Positions 22,825 through 34,989 of a stretch of DNA of 64,000 bases are shown piece by piece. This stretch comes from Octopus sinensis (lineage: Eukaryota). The notes under the pieces were generated by a model. That model saw only the letters and a list, made by a program, of their open reading frames with translations. It searched no databases and was not told the origin of the DNA. The stretch lies in contig NW_021833239.1 of assembly GCF_006345805.1 (NCBI RefSeq), forward strand, positions 1 to 64,000, in the 5' to 3' direction. The stretch's first letter is position 1. The number at the start of each line of letters is the position of its first letter. The translations under genes were made by a program, and so were the position numbers.

Positions 22825-23228
22825 CATTTACGAGCACCTTGACAACAAGACTTTACTGCCAGAAGAACAGAAAGGTTACAGGAAGAAGGATAGAAGAACG
22901 TATGATCCATGAAGCAATTCGAAATGAAATAAAAGCTAGAAAGAACAATAGCATGGAAAGATTACAAGAAAGCTTATGACATGATCTCACACTCATGGTT
23001 AAATGAATGTTTGAGTATATTCAGCAAAGCAAACAACATAAGAGAATTAATTAACTTTAGCATGAAGAAATGGAAAGTAGATCTCTACTCAGTTTTAGGA
23101 AAGATTAATATCAAGAGAGGAATTTTCCAAGGAGACTCGTTATCCTCTTTAATATTTGTCTTATGTTTGATCCTTCTCAGTTTAGTATTAAGGAAGGCAA
23201 AGGCAAGGCATCAGTTCAGAAATAGTAA
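22825..23228 (+). mobile_element. R4/Dong-like (RLE) LINE RT fragment, paralogous to about 44770-45170
   Basis: LLPEEQKG, KKAYDMISHSW and GIFQGDSLS motifs; near-identical to the LINE in intron 8 of copy B. Confidence 0.85.
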
Positions 23229-23723
23229 TCTTTATAATGAGACGTGCAAGTGGCTGTTGCCATTCTTATGGCTTCTTACTCGTTGATGCGTATATTTTGG
23301 AAGCATTTTCTCTGTTTCTGCGGGAGTATGAAATTTAAGTTGCCTCTCCTTGCGAGAAGCACATTTATACACAACGTAGAAAGTATAATAGATCCTTCAA
23401 CACAAGATTTTGCATCAAAACTTTGCAAAATACGGAAATAAAAGTTAATCCTTTAATATTTGGTAACCTCTGTCTAGATAGAAATTGAAGTTGACGAGTT
23501 TCTATATTGATGTCTAAGTCACAAAAGCAAAGTCTGAAGGCAATAGTTATTTCCTTTAATTCAAAGATAGAAGCAAATATGAAACAACACTAACTGACTG
23601 AAGACAACAAAAAAAAAGTTTAATTATGTTATACTGTGTAATGATTATTATATAAACTTCACTTTTTTTTCTCCCGTGTATTGTAGCTTGATTAATTTTT
23701 TTATGTTTCTGGTTGACTTTCAG

Positions 23724-23948
23724 CTATCTGCCTCTACCGATATAACAAAGCAAAAGGGAATAAAAAAGACTGGAAATACAATGCAACCATTGGACTTTGT
23801 ATTTTTTTTTATTATTTCGGGATTATTTTTTGTCGGTCTATCATTAATTGCCATATTTTTTGAATATCAGAATTTTAAAAGTAAATCTTCGTTATGTGAG
23901 ACTTTTTCAAAGTCCACAGAATTCATTTCCACTGTAACATATCCCTAG
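23724..23948 (+). pseudogene. SLC38A7: SLC38A7-like copy P, last exon with a +1 frameshift in a T-run
   Basis: Inverted paralog of 42377-42579. Nine T against eight T after ctttgta shifts the frame. Confidence 0.85.
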
Positions 23949-24313
23949 CTGGAAATGATTTCATTTCAATTTTTATAATATTTTAATCTAGAGAAACTTT
24001 CATAGCGATAGACTAAGCACAAGATTCTAAAAGAACACATAACTACTGCGGTCGATTCATTCGTTTAAAAATTCCCCAAGTTTGTGCCCCAGAGGGCACG
24101 GAGGTGATTCAAACCGAGTGATATTTTTATGAGGAAGGACTCTTTTATGGGGATGGCACTTTTGGGTATATTGTATATGCCTGAATATAGGGTGAGGGAG
24201 TTTCAAACTCAAAGGCTACCCCGGGTGGCACACACTGTAGCTAGGCCACCATTTCTTAATATATTGAGAAAACGAAAGAGGGAGAGTGTGTGTATGAGAG
24301 AGAGAGAGAGAGA

Positions 24314-24354
<41 letters not shown>

Positions 24355-25489
24355 AAAGACTATATTATTAGACGAGTGTAATTTGCGCAACTGTGTAATT
24401 TACGCAGGTGATTTTCGGGATAAAAATTGTTTAAAAAAAAGCTTCTACTCGTGTAAAATTCGCGCCAAAAAGTTTTCAGAATTGCCGCTTTGGCCAGGGG
24501 AAAATGGTTTCCAATTTAGTTGTATTTAGCGTCATTTCACTTACTTATGATTACATTTTATTACATTTTCATCAGATAAAATAATTTCTGTTTAACAAGT
24601 ATCACATTAAAAGCTATTAAATTACAAAGTTTGTTTGACATTTTGTAAGTGTGAAAGGGATTAAAATTTCGATACTCCGTATCAAATGTTCCGACATAAA
24701 CTTTATTTTACATTTCTTGCTCACAAAAATTATGTCCCATCTTTAGCATAATGTTGTATGTCCTCCTAAATCACGATTACAGAAGTTGATGATAAGAATT
24801 ATCAATAAAAACAAAGATGATAAATACGCACAGGTGTTGCAAATTAAATTTAATTACCAATAAACGTCAGCTTGGATGACACTTTATTCAACTGACAAAT
24901 GAAGATGATCGACTAAACTGATTATGTAAACAGAATTCTGATTGGACGAAAGTGTCTTCTTGTCTCAAGCTCTGATTTTCCGCCTATTCTTGTCGGAACA
25001 TTTGATACGGAGTATCGAAATTTTAATCCCTTTCACACTTACAAAATGTCAAACAAACTTTAAAATTTGTCATAACCGTTTTAGCCGGAAGACCAAACTC
25101 TCAGTTTGGTAACCCGCTAAAATAAACATTACAAATCGAAAATAAACAGCTTTGCAAATTTAATTCAATGTTTATTAAAGAAGAAAGGTGGGAAATTTAA
25201 GAAGCGACTTGTATGTACATGTAAACATGTGTTTATGTATTGATGTGTGTGTCTCTTCATGTTGTATGTATATCTGTTATTCTGTCGAAGGTTATATATA
25301 TATATATATATGTTCCTTTCAACACCTAACGGTGAATAAATATATCTTAGATACATACATGCAAATATAAACCTACCTATACATATGTGCAAGCACACAC
25401 GATCATATAAACACATATACACACACATATATACGTATAATCTTACAGTCTACACATATATAAGTTTATCCATCTACACACACACACGC

Positions 25490-25603
<114 letters not shown>

Positions 25604-25680
25604 GTCTCTATTTTCACAGGCAACGGTTAAACTCAAATACATTTTTTATTTTGCATTTTACATAGACATAGACATAAATA

Positions 25681-25711
<31 letters not shown>

Positions 25712-26399
25712 TCACATACCCATACGTACATTCATGTACACACTCATACACAAACATACTCACGTATGAGTACTCACTTGCGTACACACACCTATCTCTT
25801 CCTTTGACTCAGATTTCTCTGACTCCGAAATTTCATTGCCAGGATATATCAGAATAATAATAAAGAGCATATATATTAGAGATGTAAAGTAGTCAGATTG
25901 GAAAACACTATTTGCATTGCGACATACATACCAACGACAAAGATAGCTTTTGACTATTTCTTTGATGCGAAACATGGAGATTGCGATTCCAAAGCTAAGT
26001 CGTGTGGTTTTAGACACAGATGTAAGCAAATCATTCAATGCGTTTGGATAGAAAAGGCACGGAGTTAAAATAACTTCCCATTTTGATGAATAGCTGTCGG
26101 CACGTGCTATTCGATTCTAGGAAGATGTGTGCATTTTTTAGAACAATTCCTGGCTGCTTAGAGATAACAACGGATCGGAGATAACGGGTTTAATACCAAC
26201 TCGATAGCTTTTCACAGTTGTTGGCAGTAGAGGAACGATAACAGTATATAAGAAACGGTTAGAGATGCGTAACACTATGAGGATTAAATCTGGTTTGAAT
26301 GTTCATCTCAGTGAGCTTTATGGGTATGTGTCATACACTTCGTAGACGTTTACCATGACGCTGAAAACTGGGAACATTCTCTGATGCGTTGACTGACAA

Positions 26400-26640
26400 G
26401 GTGTGGTGTTACAGAGGAAAGACACAAGCAAAGGAAATATCGTGGACAGCATCTGATCCATAGCTCTGCTGCATGTAGAGTTTTGAGAGTTAGTGCAGGG
26501 CAGTGCTCGCGAAGAGACTGACGCTTGTCGTACTTGGTGTAGCTAGAAGCGCACAGACTTGTGCTATTTCCATCAGATTTATTCACAACCACCTCCACCT
26601 CATGCCAGTCATCGTTGCGAAGTTGGCTAAAATAAAACTT
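26400..26640 (-). mobile_element. Possible degenerate hAT transposase C-terminal (dimerisation) remnant; also at about 60260-60500
   Basis: Frameshifted translation NLMEIAQVCALLATPSTTSV.../TNSQNSTRSRAMDQMLSTM loosely resembles hAT PNL..LA...LP.ST...ER.FS...K...R.RL. Weak. Confidence 0.3.
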
Positions 26641-27453
26641 GCTCTAGTGGGGCTCAAATCCCTTGGCATCAATTCAAAGCTTTCGATAACACTTAGTGGC
26701 TCTTCTCAGTGTAGCTGGTTTTGGTGCCGTTTCGGAGGTTCATGGCCACCAGTCTGATCCATTTGGAATCATACGCTCAGAGCGTGAGGTATCTACATTC
26801 AGAGCGTAAGGTGTCTACACTATAGAGGTTCTTGGACAGTGAACAGCTGTTGCTAGAATTCGTTGGGCATGTCTTTCCACAATTAATTTCTTTCATTGAT
26901 CTGCTGTCTGGATCAAGTGAAGGTCAATATTGGGCATTTGTCGCTATCAGGAACGGACAGCTTTCTACCAATCAAGCAAATGGTGATACGTCTGCTATTT
27001 CATGCCATAGATTCTACAAATCGACATTATTCGAGCCATCCAGGGTGGATAAGCACTTTTCTCAAAATCTAGTCTAGCATTGCCATTTCAGAATAAAGTC
27101 TAAAAAGAAATGCTGCCAACCGAAACTGCCTGAAATGTGCACAGAAAAAGGAAACCGTACAATAAACACTAGATCTGTATCCGAGCATTGTATAATTATA
27201 TTGAGTAGTGTCGAATTTTTGTGCAGTAATTACGTTGACGCTGATTTCTTATGGAATTATGTTGAATAGGTGTTGTCTTAGAGGAATCTAGCTATGTACC
27301 AAATCGAAGTACTAATGTTGTATTTTAAGCTCCTGTTCTTTTATTTCTGATAACCTGACAAGTTTGAGAAAATTTGCTAAAACAATTATTTTGATTAACG
27401 AAAGGAAAAGAATTGAACAATGTTAGTGAGCATATAAGAAGTGGAGAACTTAC

Positions 27454-27546
27454 GGCGTTTTGACTGGACTAGAAGATGAATGTGTTTGTGTATATTTCAC
27501 AAAAACCAATAAGCTGACATACAGAAATGCTGCAGTACCGACAGTA
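27454..27546 (-). pseudogene. SLC38A7: SLC38A7-like copy A, exon 5
   Basis: ttatag| acceptor, CC|gtaagt donor, 93 nt. TVGTAAFLYVSLLVFVKYTQTHSSSSPVKT matches SLC38A7 FLSVVGTWYVTAIVIIKY. Confidence 0.85.
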
Positions 27547-28121
27547 CTATAATAAATATAAAAAATATCTTCATTTATTTGAAAGAAAATCTGGGCTTAA
27601 ATTCTGCTTTGTATTTTACTAATTTTTTAAGAATTCAAGTACAGCACTTGTTAATTGTAAATTATGTAATCTGTTTCGATAAGTGTAATTATTTTGAACA
27701 GTGAAAAGTGTAAAGTTTCTAGATCTTTTCTTTAAGTGGGCACCAGAGGAAGATGAAATTGTAGCCTTGCTTGTAAATGAGGATAGAAGAAGGGAATACA
27801 ATAAAGGAAAGCTATTAAGAATAAGGTATGGGGACAAATGTAGAGGCCTGCATCAAAACCAACAACACATTCGTCTTTCTCTAGACCTTCATAATTTTGG
27901 TGTTCTACCTGTGATGCCCATCGAAAAAGATTCAAACTTTGAATTCAATTCTCCAACAATCCTTATATATGATCCTCAGGAAACAACGGATTTAATAAAA
28001 TATTATTCTCAAAAGCTACTAAAATTAACTGTATTCTTTTAATATTATCATAGTTCTATCTGAATACGAAAATGTTTTCTATATTTTTGTTTTCTCTCTA
28101 GTTCAATCATCTAAATACGTT

Positions 28122-28531
28122 CTGTGGAGGCGCAATGGCCCAGTGGTTAGGGCAGCGGACTCGCGGTCGGAGGATCGCGGTTTCGATTCCCAGACCGGGC
28201 ATTGTGAGTGTTTATTGAGCAAAAACACCTAAAGCTCCACGAGGCTCCGGCAGGGGGGTGGGTGAACCCTGCTGTACTCTCTCACCACAACTTTCTCTCG
28301 CTCTTTCTTCCTGTTTCTCTTGTACCTGACACTCTGTGTCTCTTGACACTCTGTGTCTCTTGACACTCTGTGTCTCTTGACACTCTGTGTCACGCTGAAT
28401 CTCCTCGAGAACTATGTAAGGGTACACGTATCTGTGGAGTGCTCAGCCACTTGCACGTTAATATCACGAGCAAGCTGTTCTGTTGATCGTATCAGCTGGG
28501 ACACTCATCATCGCAACCGACGGAGTGCTCC
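28122..28531 (+). mobile_element. tRNA-derived SINE of a third family with an internal 18-bp tandem repeat
   Basis: A box tggcccagtggttag, B box ggtttcgattcc, repeats of gacactctgtgtctctt, LINE-like 3' tail. Confidence 0.8.
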
Positions 28532-29056
28532 TATACCTATACATCTAAATACGAGAGCGTTCGAACTGAGGTTGCGATCCGTGGTTAGTTTATAACAAAT
28601 GTGCTTTCTGTAACATAAAACGTGTGGTGTTAGCTTTAGATATTTCCGCTCCGATCCCTTGTTTTTAGTTTAATTTTAAACACATAACTCGATTTCTAAC
28701 TACTTTCAGAATGGTAGTGCGAAATGTTTGTTACAGACATTGCAGGCGTCAATGCAATTTGTTTTATAACGCAGAATTAGGGGTTAAGTTATAGTTATTA
28801 TTGCCTTCTTGCGTTTTATAGCAGATAAATTAAGTACGACCACTGATAATAAATGGAGCTTGTTTGTTCAGGGTAAAAATTAGCCCAATTAATATTTGTA
28901 AAAGAGATTCCTGAACGTACCAAATGGTAAAGTTTAATAAAATAAAAGGTTTGTGTAATTACAAAATCTCAGTCGGTTTTTTTTGGCCATAAAACAACAA
29001 CAATAATCTTTTTCTAAGAAATAAAATACGAAATGAGAATGTATTGTACAATTAAC

Positions 29057-29195
29057 CTGACATATTTCAGATAGTTAGTAAATTTTTGAAAGTTTAATGG
29101 TAAGATGATTATCGTAATAATTACTGTTATAAACTCTCTTCGTGTATACCATACTTGTTGATTGCAGTAAAAGTCACGGTTGATGAAAATTATAA
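29057..29195 (-). pseudogene. SLC38A7: SLC38A7-like copy A, exon 4 (acceptor mutated AG to AC)
   Basis: 139 nt, ...QVWYTRREFITVIITIIILPLNFQKFTNYLKYV. The acceptor reads ttcac where copy P has ttcag. Confidence 0.87.
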
Positions 29196-29391
29196 GTGAA
29201 TAAATACATAAATAAAGATAAAAATGAAACAAAAGCAAAAAAATTTAAAGAAAGGTAAATTGTTTAAACATCACATTTTTTTTCGGGATTAACCGTTTTG
29301 TTAAGTAGACATTTTAGAATGCAATTTCAGAATTTATTCATATTCTAGTTTGTATTCAATTTAACCATCTTTAATATTATAAATACTCTTA

Positions 29392-29610
29392 AAGTGCCGA
29401 ACTGGCAGAAATGTTAGCACGCCTCACAAAAAGGCTTAGCGGCATTTCATCTGTCTTTGTGTTCTGAGTTCAAACAACGCCGCGGTTGACTTTGTTTCTC
29501 ATAGTTTCGAGGACAAGAAAGTAAGTACCAGTTGAACACTGGGGTCGATGTAATCAGCAATCTGTCTCGCTCTGAAATTTCTGGCCTTGTGCCAAAATTT
29601 GAAATCAATA
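29392..29610 (+). mobile_element. Meta-type SINE (degenerate)
   Basis: aactggcagaaatgttagcacg...gttctgagttcaa...gtaagtaccagttgaacactggggtcgatgtaatc. Confidence 0.75.
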
Positions 29611-30482
29611 TTACAAATATTTTGATGGTATATAGATATAATTTTGTTTGTTTGTTTGTTCTGTATTAAATATTCTCAAATCTTTTCCTGAAAACACTAG
29701 CAAGCGGCAAATAGCACTGTGTAACGAAATTTTTGCCTCTTTTTTGTCTTTGGTCAGTAAGTGTTATTTCCTATCTACTTCTGTCTAGAAATCAAAGGAA
29801 ATGACTACTATTATCTTCAAACTTTGCATTTGTGGCCTGCACATCAACACTTTGAAACTGACTTATTTTCTATAACATTTCAGACAGGGTCAGCATTGAG
29901 TTGCTGAGCAGAAATCTCTTTATAGCAAATATTCTGCTTAATACCACGGATTTGCTGCTCATTTGCTTAACCTTAACTACTTGAGCATGTCTATTAGTGC
30001 CGGACAATATGTGCATCTCTGATCATAAGTAAGAGTAGTGGGTGAACATCATAGCCATGTGTTGACAGGGAATTTTTGGAGTTTGAATAAATATCGTAAC
30101 AAAAGCAAAGTTTGAAGGAAATATTAGTCATTTTTCATTTAGTTACAAGATGCAATAAGAAAATCATTGATTAGCGATAATAAATTGGTCTTTACCCTAA
30201 AAGCTGACACCTATTTGAAGAAGATGCAAGGCTTTCAAAAAGAAAAGACCTTTCTTCAAGGAGAGCATTAAAATCAATGTAAAACGCATACCCGACAATC
30301 TGATAGATACATGACCGGAAATATAGATCATAGCAGCAGTGCGCAACGAGATATATGCAGATTAGAATGATCATTGGTAATTCAAATGCAATTGCAGTTT
30401 CAATCAATGCAAAGACGTAAAGGCAAGCTAAGTATCTTGCTAACGATTTTGCCAGCTCGCCGCCTGACCTCGGTTTATTAAT

Positions 30483-30697
30483 AATCCTTTCTACTTTAAG
30501 TACAAGATCTGAAATTTGAGAGGAGGGGTCTAGTCGATTACATTGACCTCAGTGCGTAACTGGTATTTAATTTATTGACCCCTAAAGGATCAAAGGCAAA
30601 GTCAACTTCGGCGGAGTTTGAACTCAGACCGTAAAGACGGACGAAATGCCGCTAAGCATTTTGCCCGGCGTGATAACGATTCCGCTACTCGCTGCCG
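30483..30697 (-). mobile_element. Meta-type SINE
   Basis: Reverse of the same consensus as 3027-3256. Confidence 0.78.
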
Positions 30698-31942
30698 TCC
30701 TCTGGTTAGTAATAATGAAAGTAAAAGCGACCGATAATAAATGGAGTACTTCGTATGATAAAGAACGCGAAGAAAAAATATATAAAAGGAAAATAACAAA
30801 CTATATCTCACTACGCAGAGTCAAAACATAACCTTCGGTTGACACTTTCAATGTAACAACTTGCTTTGCACAATTCCCGCAAACACATTTTAAAATTCGT
30901 TCTCTATGCATTTATTACCAAATAAAATAAGAGAATGCGTGCTCAACCAAGATGTTTACCCGATACTGCAATAACTGAATCGCCGCTAAAGCCTATAGCG
31001 GGGAAAAAGAAAATCCTGCTGTGCTCTTATCCTTTCACTCTATTTATACTTCTACTTTAAGACAGAGAGAGAAAAAAAAAGTTCAATGTCTTTCTGTATC
31101 TACCTCAATTCTTATAAATGGTTTGAAATTCTACATCATCCTGAAAAGAATCAGCTTAGATCGAAATGGGTATGGGATTGAAATCTTATGATTTTATTAT
31201 CTACAGAGTTAATGCAATATGTCTTAAAAACGAATCTGCGGTTGAACTGAAATTATTTCTTCAAAGAAACTAAATATGAAATGGACTTTCTGCACGCACT
31301 TCTTCATAAAGTAAAAGTCGGTCCAATGGCGGTTGATTTAATTTTCCTTTTCATGTTCGGTCGCATGTGATTCTCGCTTTAATCATGTATGTATACCCCG
31401 TTTTCAGTTAATGGGGGTTAAGTGTTCAAGTGGTAATTGTAGAAAATTCCTATAGCGACGGCTTTATAAGACACCAATTTCGGTACGATTTTGACCAGAA
31501 ACAATTCGGTCTTCCCTCGCTTCAGTCGTAGACAAATTTACCTCTTAGGCTGTTCTCACATTTCCATACTCAAACCAGCGCGATTTTCCTAATAGCTATT
31601 TTCACAGCTATATACCAGCACGGAGATGATGAAGAATCAACGCCATACGTTTTTGCAGCAGTGTGCAAATCAGTTTAATCATGAGGATTTTTTTATAATT
31701 TGACGCTGTCTGTTTTTCATGAAGCCCCGTACAATTGTGGCAATAAATATGTATATTAACTACCACCAAGTCCTGTCAAACCACACGCTACAGTCCAATC
31801 AAAATAAAACTTCTGAAAACTTTTAAGGATTCTTGGAACAGTGTTCAAATTTATCAAGATATAAAGTTTAATCGGAAAAAGAAATTATATCACCCAATGG
31901 TCTGTTCATTAAAAAAAACTATAAATTATAACATTTACTTAC

Positions 31943-32130
31943 ATTTTTCTATTTGGTCCCCAGTCAATACTAATGAAGTAACGCAGTAAAAATACAATTT
32001 AAGAAGGATAGTTACAGATGACAACGCACGAATTTTCTTTCCGTAGAAAACTAATATAATATCTTGAAAACTTGATATTTGGGTTTTATCGGAGGTATAT
32101 GCCACAATTAACATTAAGACCACTCACAAT
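31943..32130 (-). pseudogene. SLC38A7: SLC38A7-like copy A, exon 3 with an 11-nt frameshifting deletion
   Basis: 188 nt against 199 nt in copy P (tcgttcatttc missing); ...MLIVAYTSDKTQISSFQDI...GDQIEK. Confidence 0.88.
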
Positions 32131-33616
32131 CTAAAATGAAATGATAAAAATATAGATGTTTAAAAGCATAGAGATGTGATATTTTTTTATTTCAGCATTC
32201 ATAGTCATATATAGTCATATCTTCAGTCTATTCTGTGCTATATAAGAAATGGATATCATAATAAGATAATATCTAAGTATTTGTTTGGGTCAAATATCTA
32301 TAGACATTGCAGTTATTTTAGTAGAGAAACGTTTTAAAGTTTTCAATATATCTTTAAACAGTAAATAGCTGCCTCAAAGTTCAACAGAGAGGCTCTACGT
32401 GGTCACATGACCTATTAGAAAAGTAGATTATTCTGCACCTAACCACATTTTACCAAATTAAATAAGGAAATAATATTTTGGATATTGTAGCCCTACATAT
32501 TTCTAAAAGGCGAGGAGATCGCGACTGAAATGTCATTGGCACCTCTTTAGCATGCGGTCTACCTGGACATATATACTTTATGCGTGAAGTCTAACCCTAA
32601 CGTTAACTCTTACAGTAAACCGTAACTGTAATCCAAATCTCTAACTCTAACTGACCCTAAACCCTAACCCTAATCCAAAACTCTAACACAACCCTAAATC
32701 CCAACCCCATTCTTAACTTAGACCAGGTCATTTGACAACCTGGACCACAAATACTGCGGTAGACCGCACGCTCAAGTAGGAACATGGCATTAATCTAATC
32801 ATAGATTTGTTTGAACTGGGCTGAATTGGGGATAAGCAACAACAACTGCGTAAAGACAAGCCAATGAGTATGACCCTACTCTGTCGGCCATCTTTTTCAA
32901 ACCACACCAACACACTTTAACAGAAAAGCTTCTGTGTAAAATAGTCCCACACAGGGAGGGTGTCTCGTAATGATGGGACTCATTTTGAACGCAAGTAAAT
33001 GGGACTCGAACAAGCACAGATATTAAGAAAAGTGTATAATAGCAAATCACTTATATGTACCCCATTATCAGGAGACCTTCACAGTAAATGCTGAGAAAAA
33101 GGCAGTTACTTTTATTGATCATATCATGTTTAAAGGCATCAAGCAATTCTGAAGTGAGTGTTTATATTTAACTGATATATTTCGTTTTTTGAATAGAAAC
33201 TTTCCTTACAGCAAGTAAATATTGTTCCATATTCTACAGGATAGAAGAATAATTGTGGTTATGGAGTTAACTTCAAACTACATGGTTCCCGATCGACCCA
33301 CTGTGTCATACCTTGCACAACTGTTGTCTACCATAGATTACATCTTACAAATGCCTTGTGTAAAATTAGGTAGATGGAAACTGTGTCGCAGCAAATTGCG
33401 TATGTATGTATGTATTTTCCCTTTCTCTTTTTACGTTAGAATAAATTTTGACTGGACCCTTACTTGGTAACAAGGGGTGAAGGAAAGCAACCTATTTTAA
33501 ACACTATCCTTTAGATATTAGGAAGGTCTTGCAGATGTTTAATGTCCAGATATCTTGATCATTTGTAGCATATGAATTAAAGAGTTGTGTTCACTCACCA
33601 AAATCCCAAGTTTAGC

Positions 33617-33981
33617 CATTACTTACTTACTTACTTACTTACTAACTTGCTTACTTACTTACTTACTTACTTACTTGCTTACTTACTTACTTGCTTACTT
33701 ACTAATTTGCTTACTTACTAACTTGCTTACTTACTTACTTACTTGCTTACTTACTTACTTACTTACTTGCTTACTTGCTTGCTTGTTTACTTGCTTGCTT
33801 ACTTACTTGCTTGCTTGCTTGCTTCCTTGCTTGCTTACTTACTTACTTGCTTGCTTGCATACTTACTTACTTACTTTCTTACTTACTTATATACTTACTT
33901 ACTTGCTTGCTTACTTACTTACTTACTTACTTTCTTGCTTACTTGCTTGCTTGCTTGCTTACTTACTTACTTGCTTGCTTC

Positions 33982-34015
<34 letters not shown>

Positions 34016-34185
34016 TTCTTGCTTACTTGCTTTCTTGCTTACTTGCTTGCGTGCTTGCTTACTTGCTTGCTTGCTTACTTGCTTGCTTACTTACTTGCTT
34101 GCTTACATACTTACTTGCTTACTTGCTTGCGTGCTTACTTACTTACTTGCGTGCTTGCTTGCTTGCGTGCTTGCTTACTTACTTG

Positions 34186-34220
<35 letters not shown>

Positions 34221-34260
34221 GCTTGCTTACTTACTTGCTTACTTACTTACTTGCTTACTT
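33617..34260. repeat. Compound (TTAC)/(TTGC) tetranucleotide satellite of about 640 bp
   Basis: Directly visible; it accounts for the Leu-rich pseudo-ORFs at 33585-34346. Confidence 0.97.
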
Positions 34261-34989
34261 TCTATGGCTGTACTTTTCATGGCAAGTACTCATGTGCTAT
34301 CTTCTTAGTGAACTGGTCCTCATTTTTATTCTGTTCTGATAAATAGATTTTACCTATGCGCCTTGGGAGAGACATGTATCAGTTGTTATTTCATAACTCA
34401 AATTCATTAGCTAGTCTAACGTTTTGGGTTTCGCAGTCACAAACTTGGAAAGATAGTTACTGGCCTTCTTCATCTGATGAAGTTGTTTCAGTATCAAAAT
34501 ACGTGCTTCATATGACATTAGTACAGATTTGAGACACCGCTACCATCCTTGCATGGGAAGCATAGCCTATCTTCATCTCCATTTAGTAGAAGTTCGTACA
34601 TCTATCTCATTGGGTGCTTCTGCTGACCAGTTCAGAAGACCAGACATAGGCGTGAAAATAGGCATTATAAAGGTGTTGGCAATATGCTTATGGGTCCATT
34701 ATGTCTGACATTCTCATCTTGATCAAGATACATATAATTGTCACATAACTATAGAGGTTTTATTGTCAAGCCGTTCACTATTAGGCTTTCAGAGGAGGAC
34801 ACAATTGTTCCACGTCTTATAGTCAAATAAACACATTTGAACTCACACATTTCATTCCAATATCGGTAGAAAATTGTGCTATGCGGTACATTTGTTTTTT
34901 ATATGGTTACTATTTGTCCCTTATAGCTTCAGCTCGTTAACAAAGAAAGGATAGGAGATACTTTTTGATCAATTTCTATAGTCAGTGTT

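Larger units (their letters stand above)
25760..27900 (+). repeat. Segmental duplication, direct copy of about 59440-61810 (includes exon 5)
   Basis: Colinear similarity. The Meta-type SINE at 59562-59788 is absent here. Confidence 0.9.

Noticed and set aside
27701-28042. 113-aa ORF (KWAPEEDEIVALL...)
   Set aside because: The paralog at about 61620-61800 has indels that break the frame, and there is no recognisable domain.
28122-28200. tRNA-like sequence
   Set aside because: It has A and B boxes but no closed acceptor stem and continues into a SINE body, so it is a SINE head and not a tRNA gene.
33585-34346. Three long Leu/Thr/Tyr/Ala/Cys-rich ORFs (177-253 aa)
   Set aside because: They are translations of the (TTAC/TTGC)n satellite, with no start context or splice signals.
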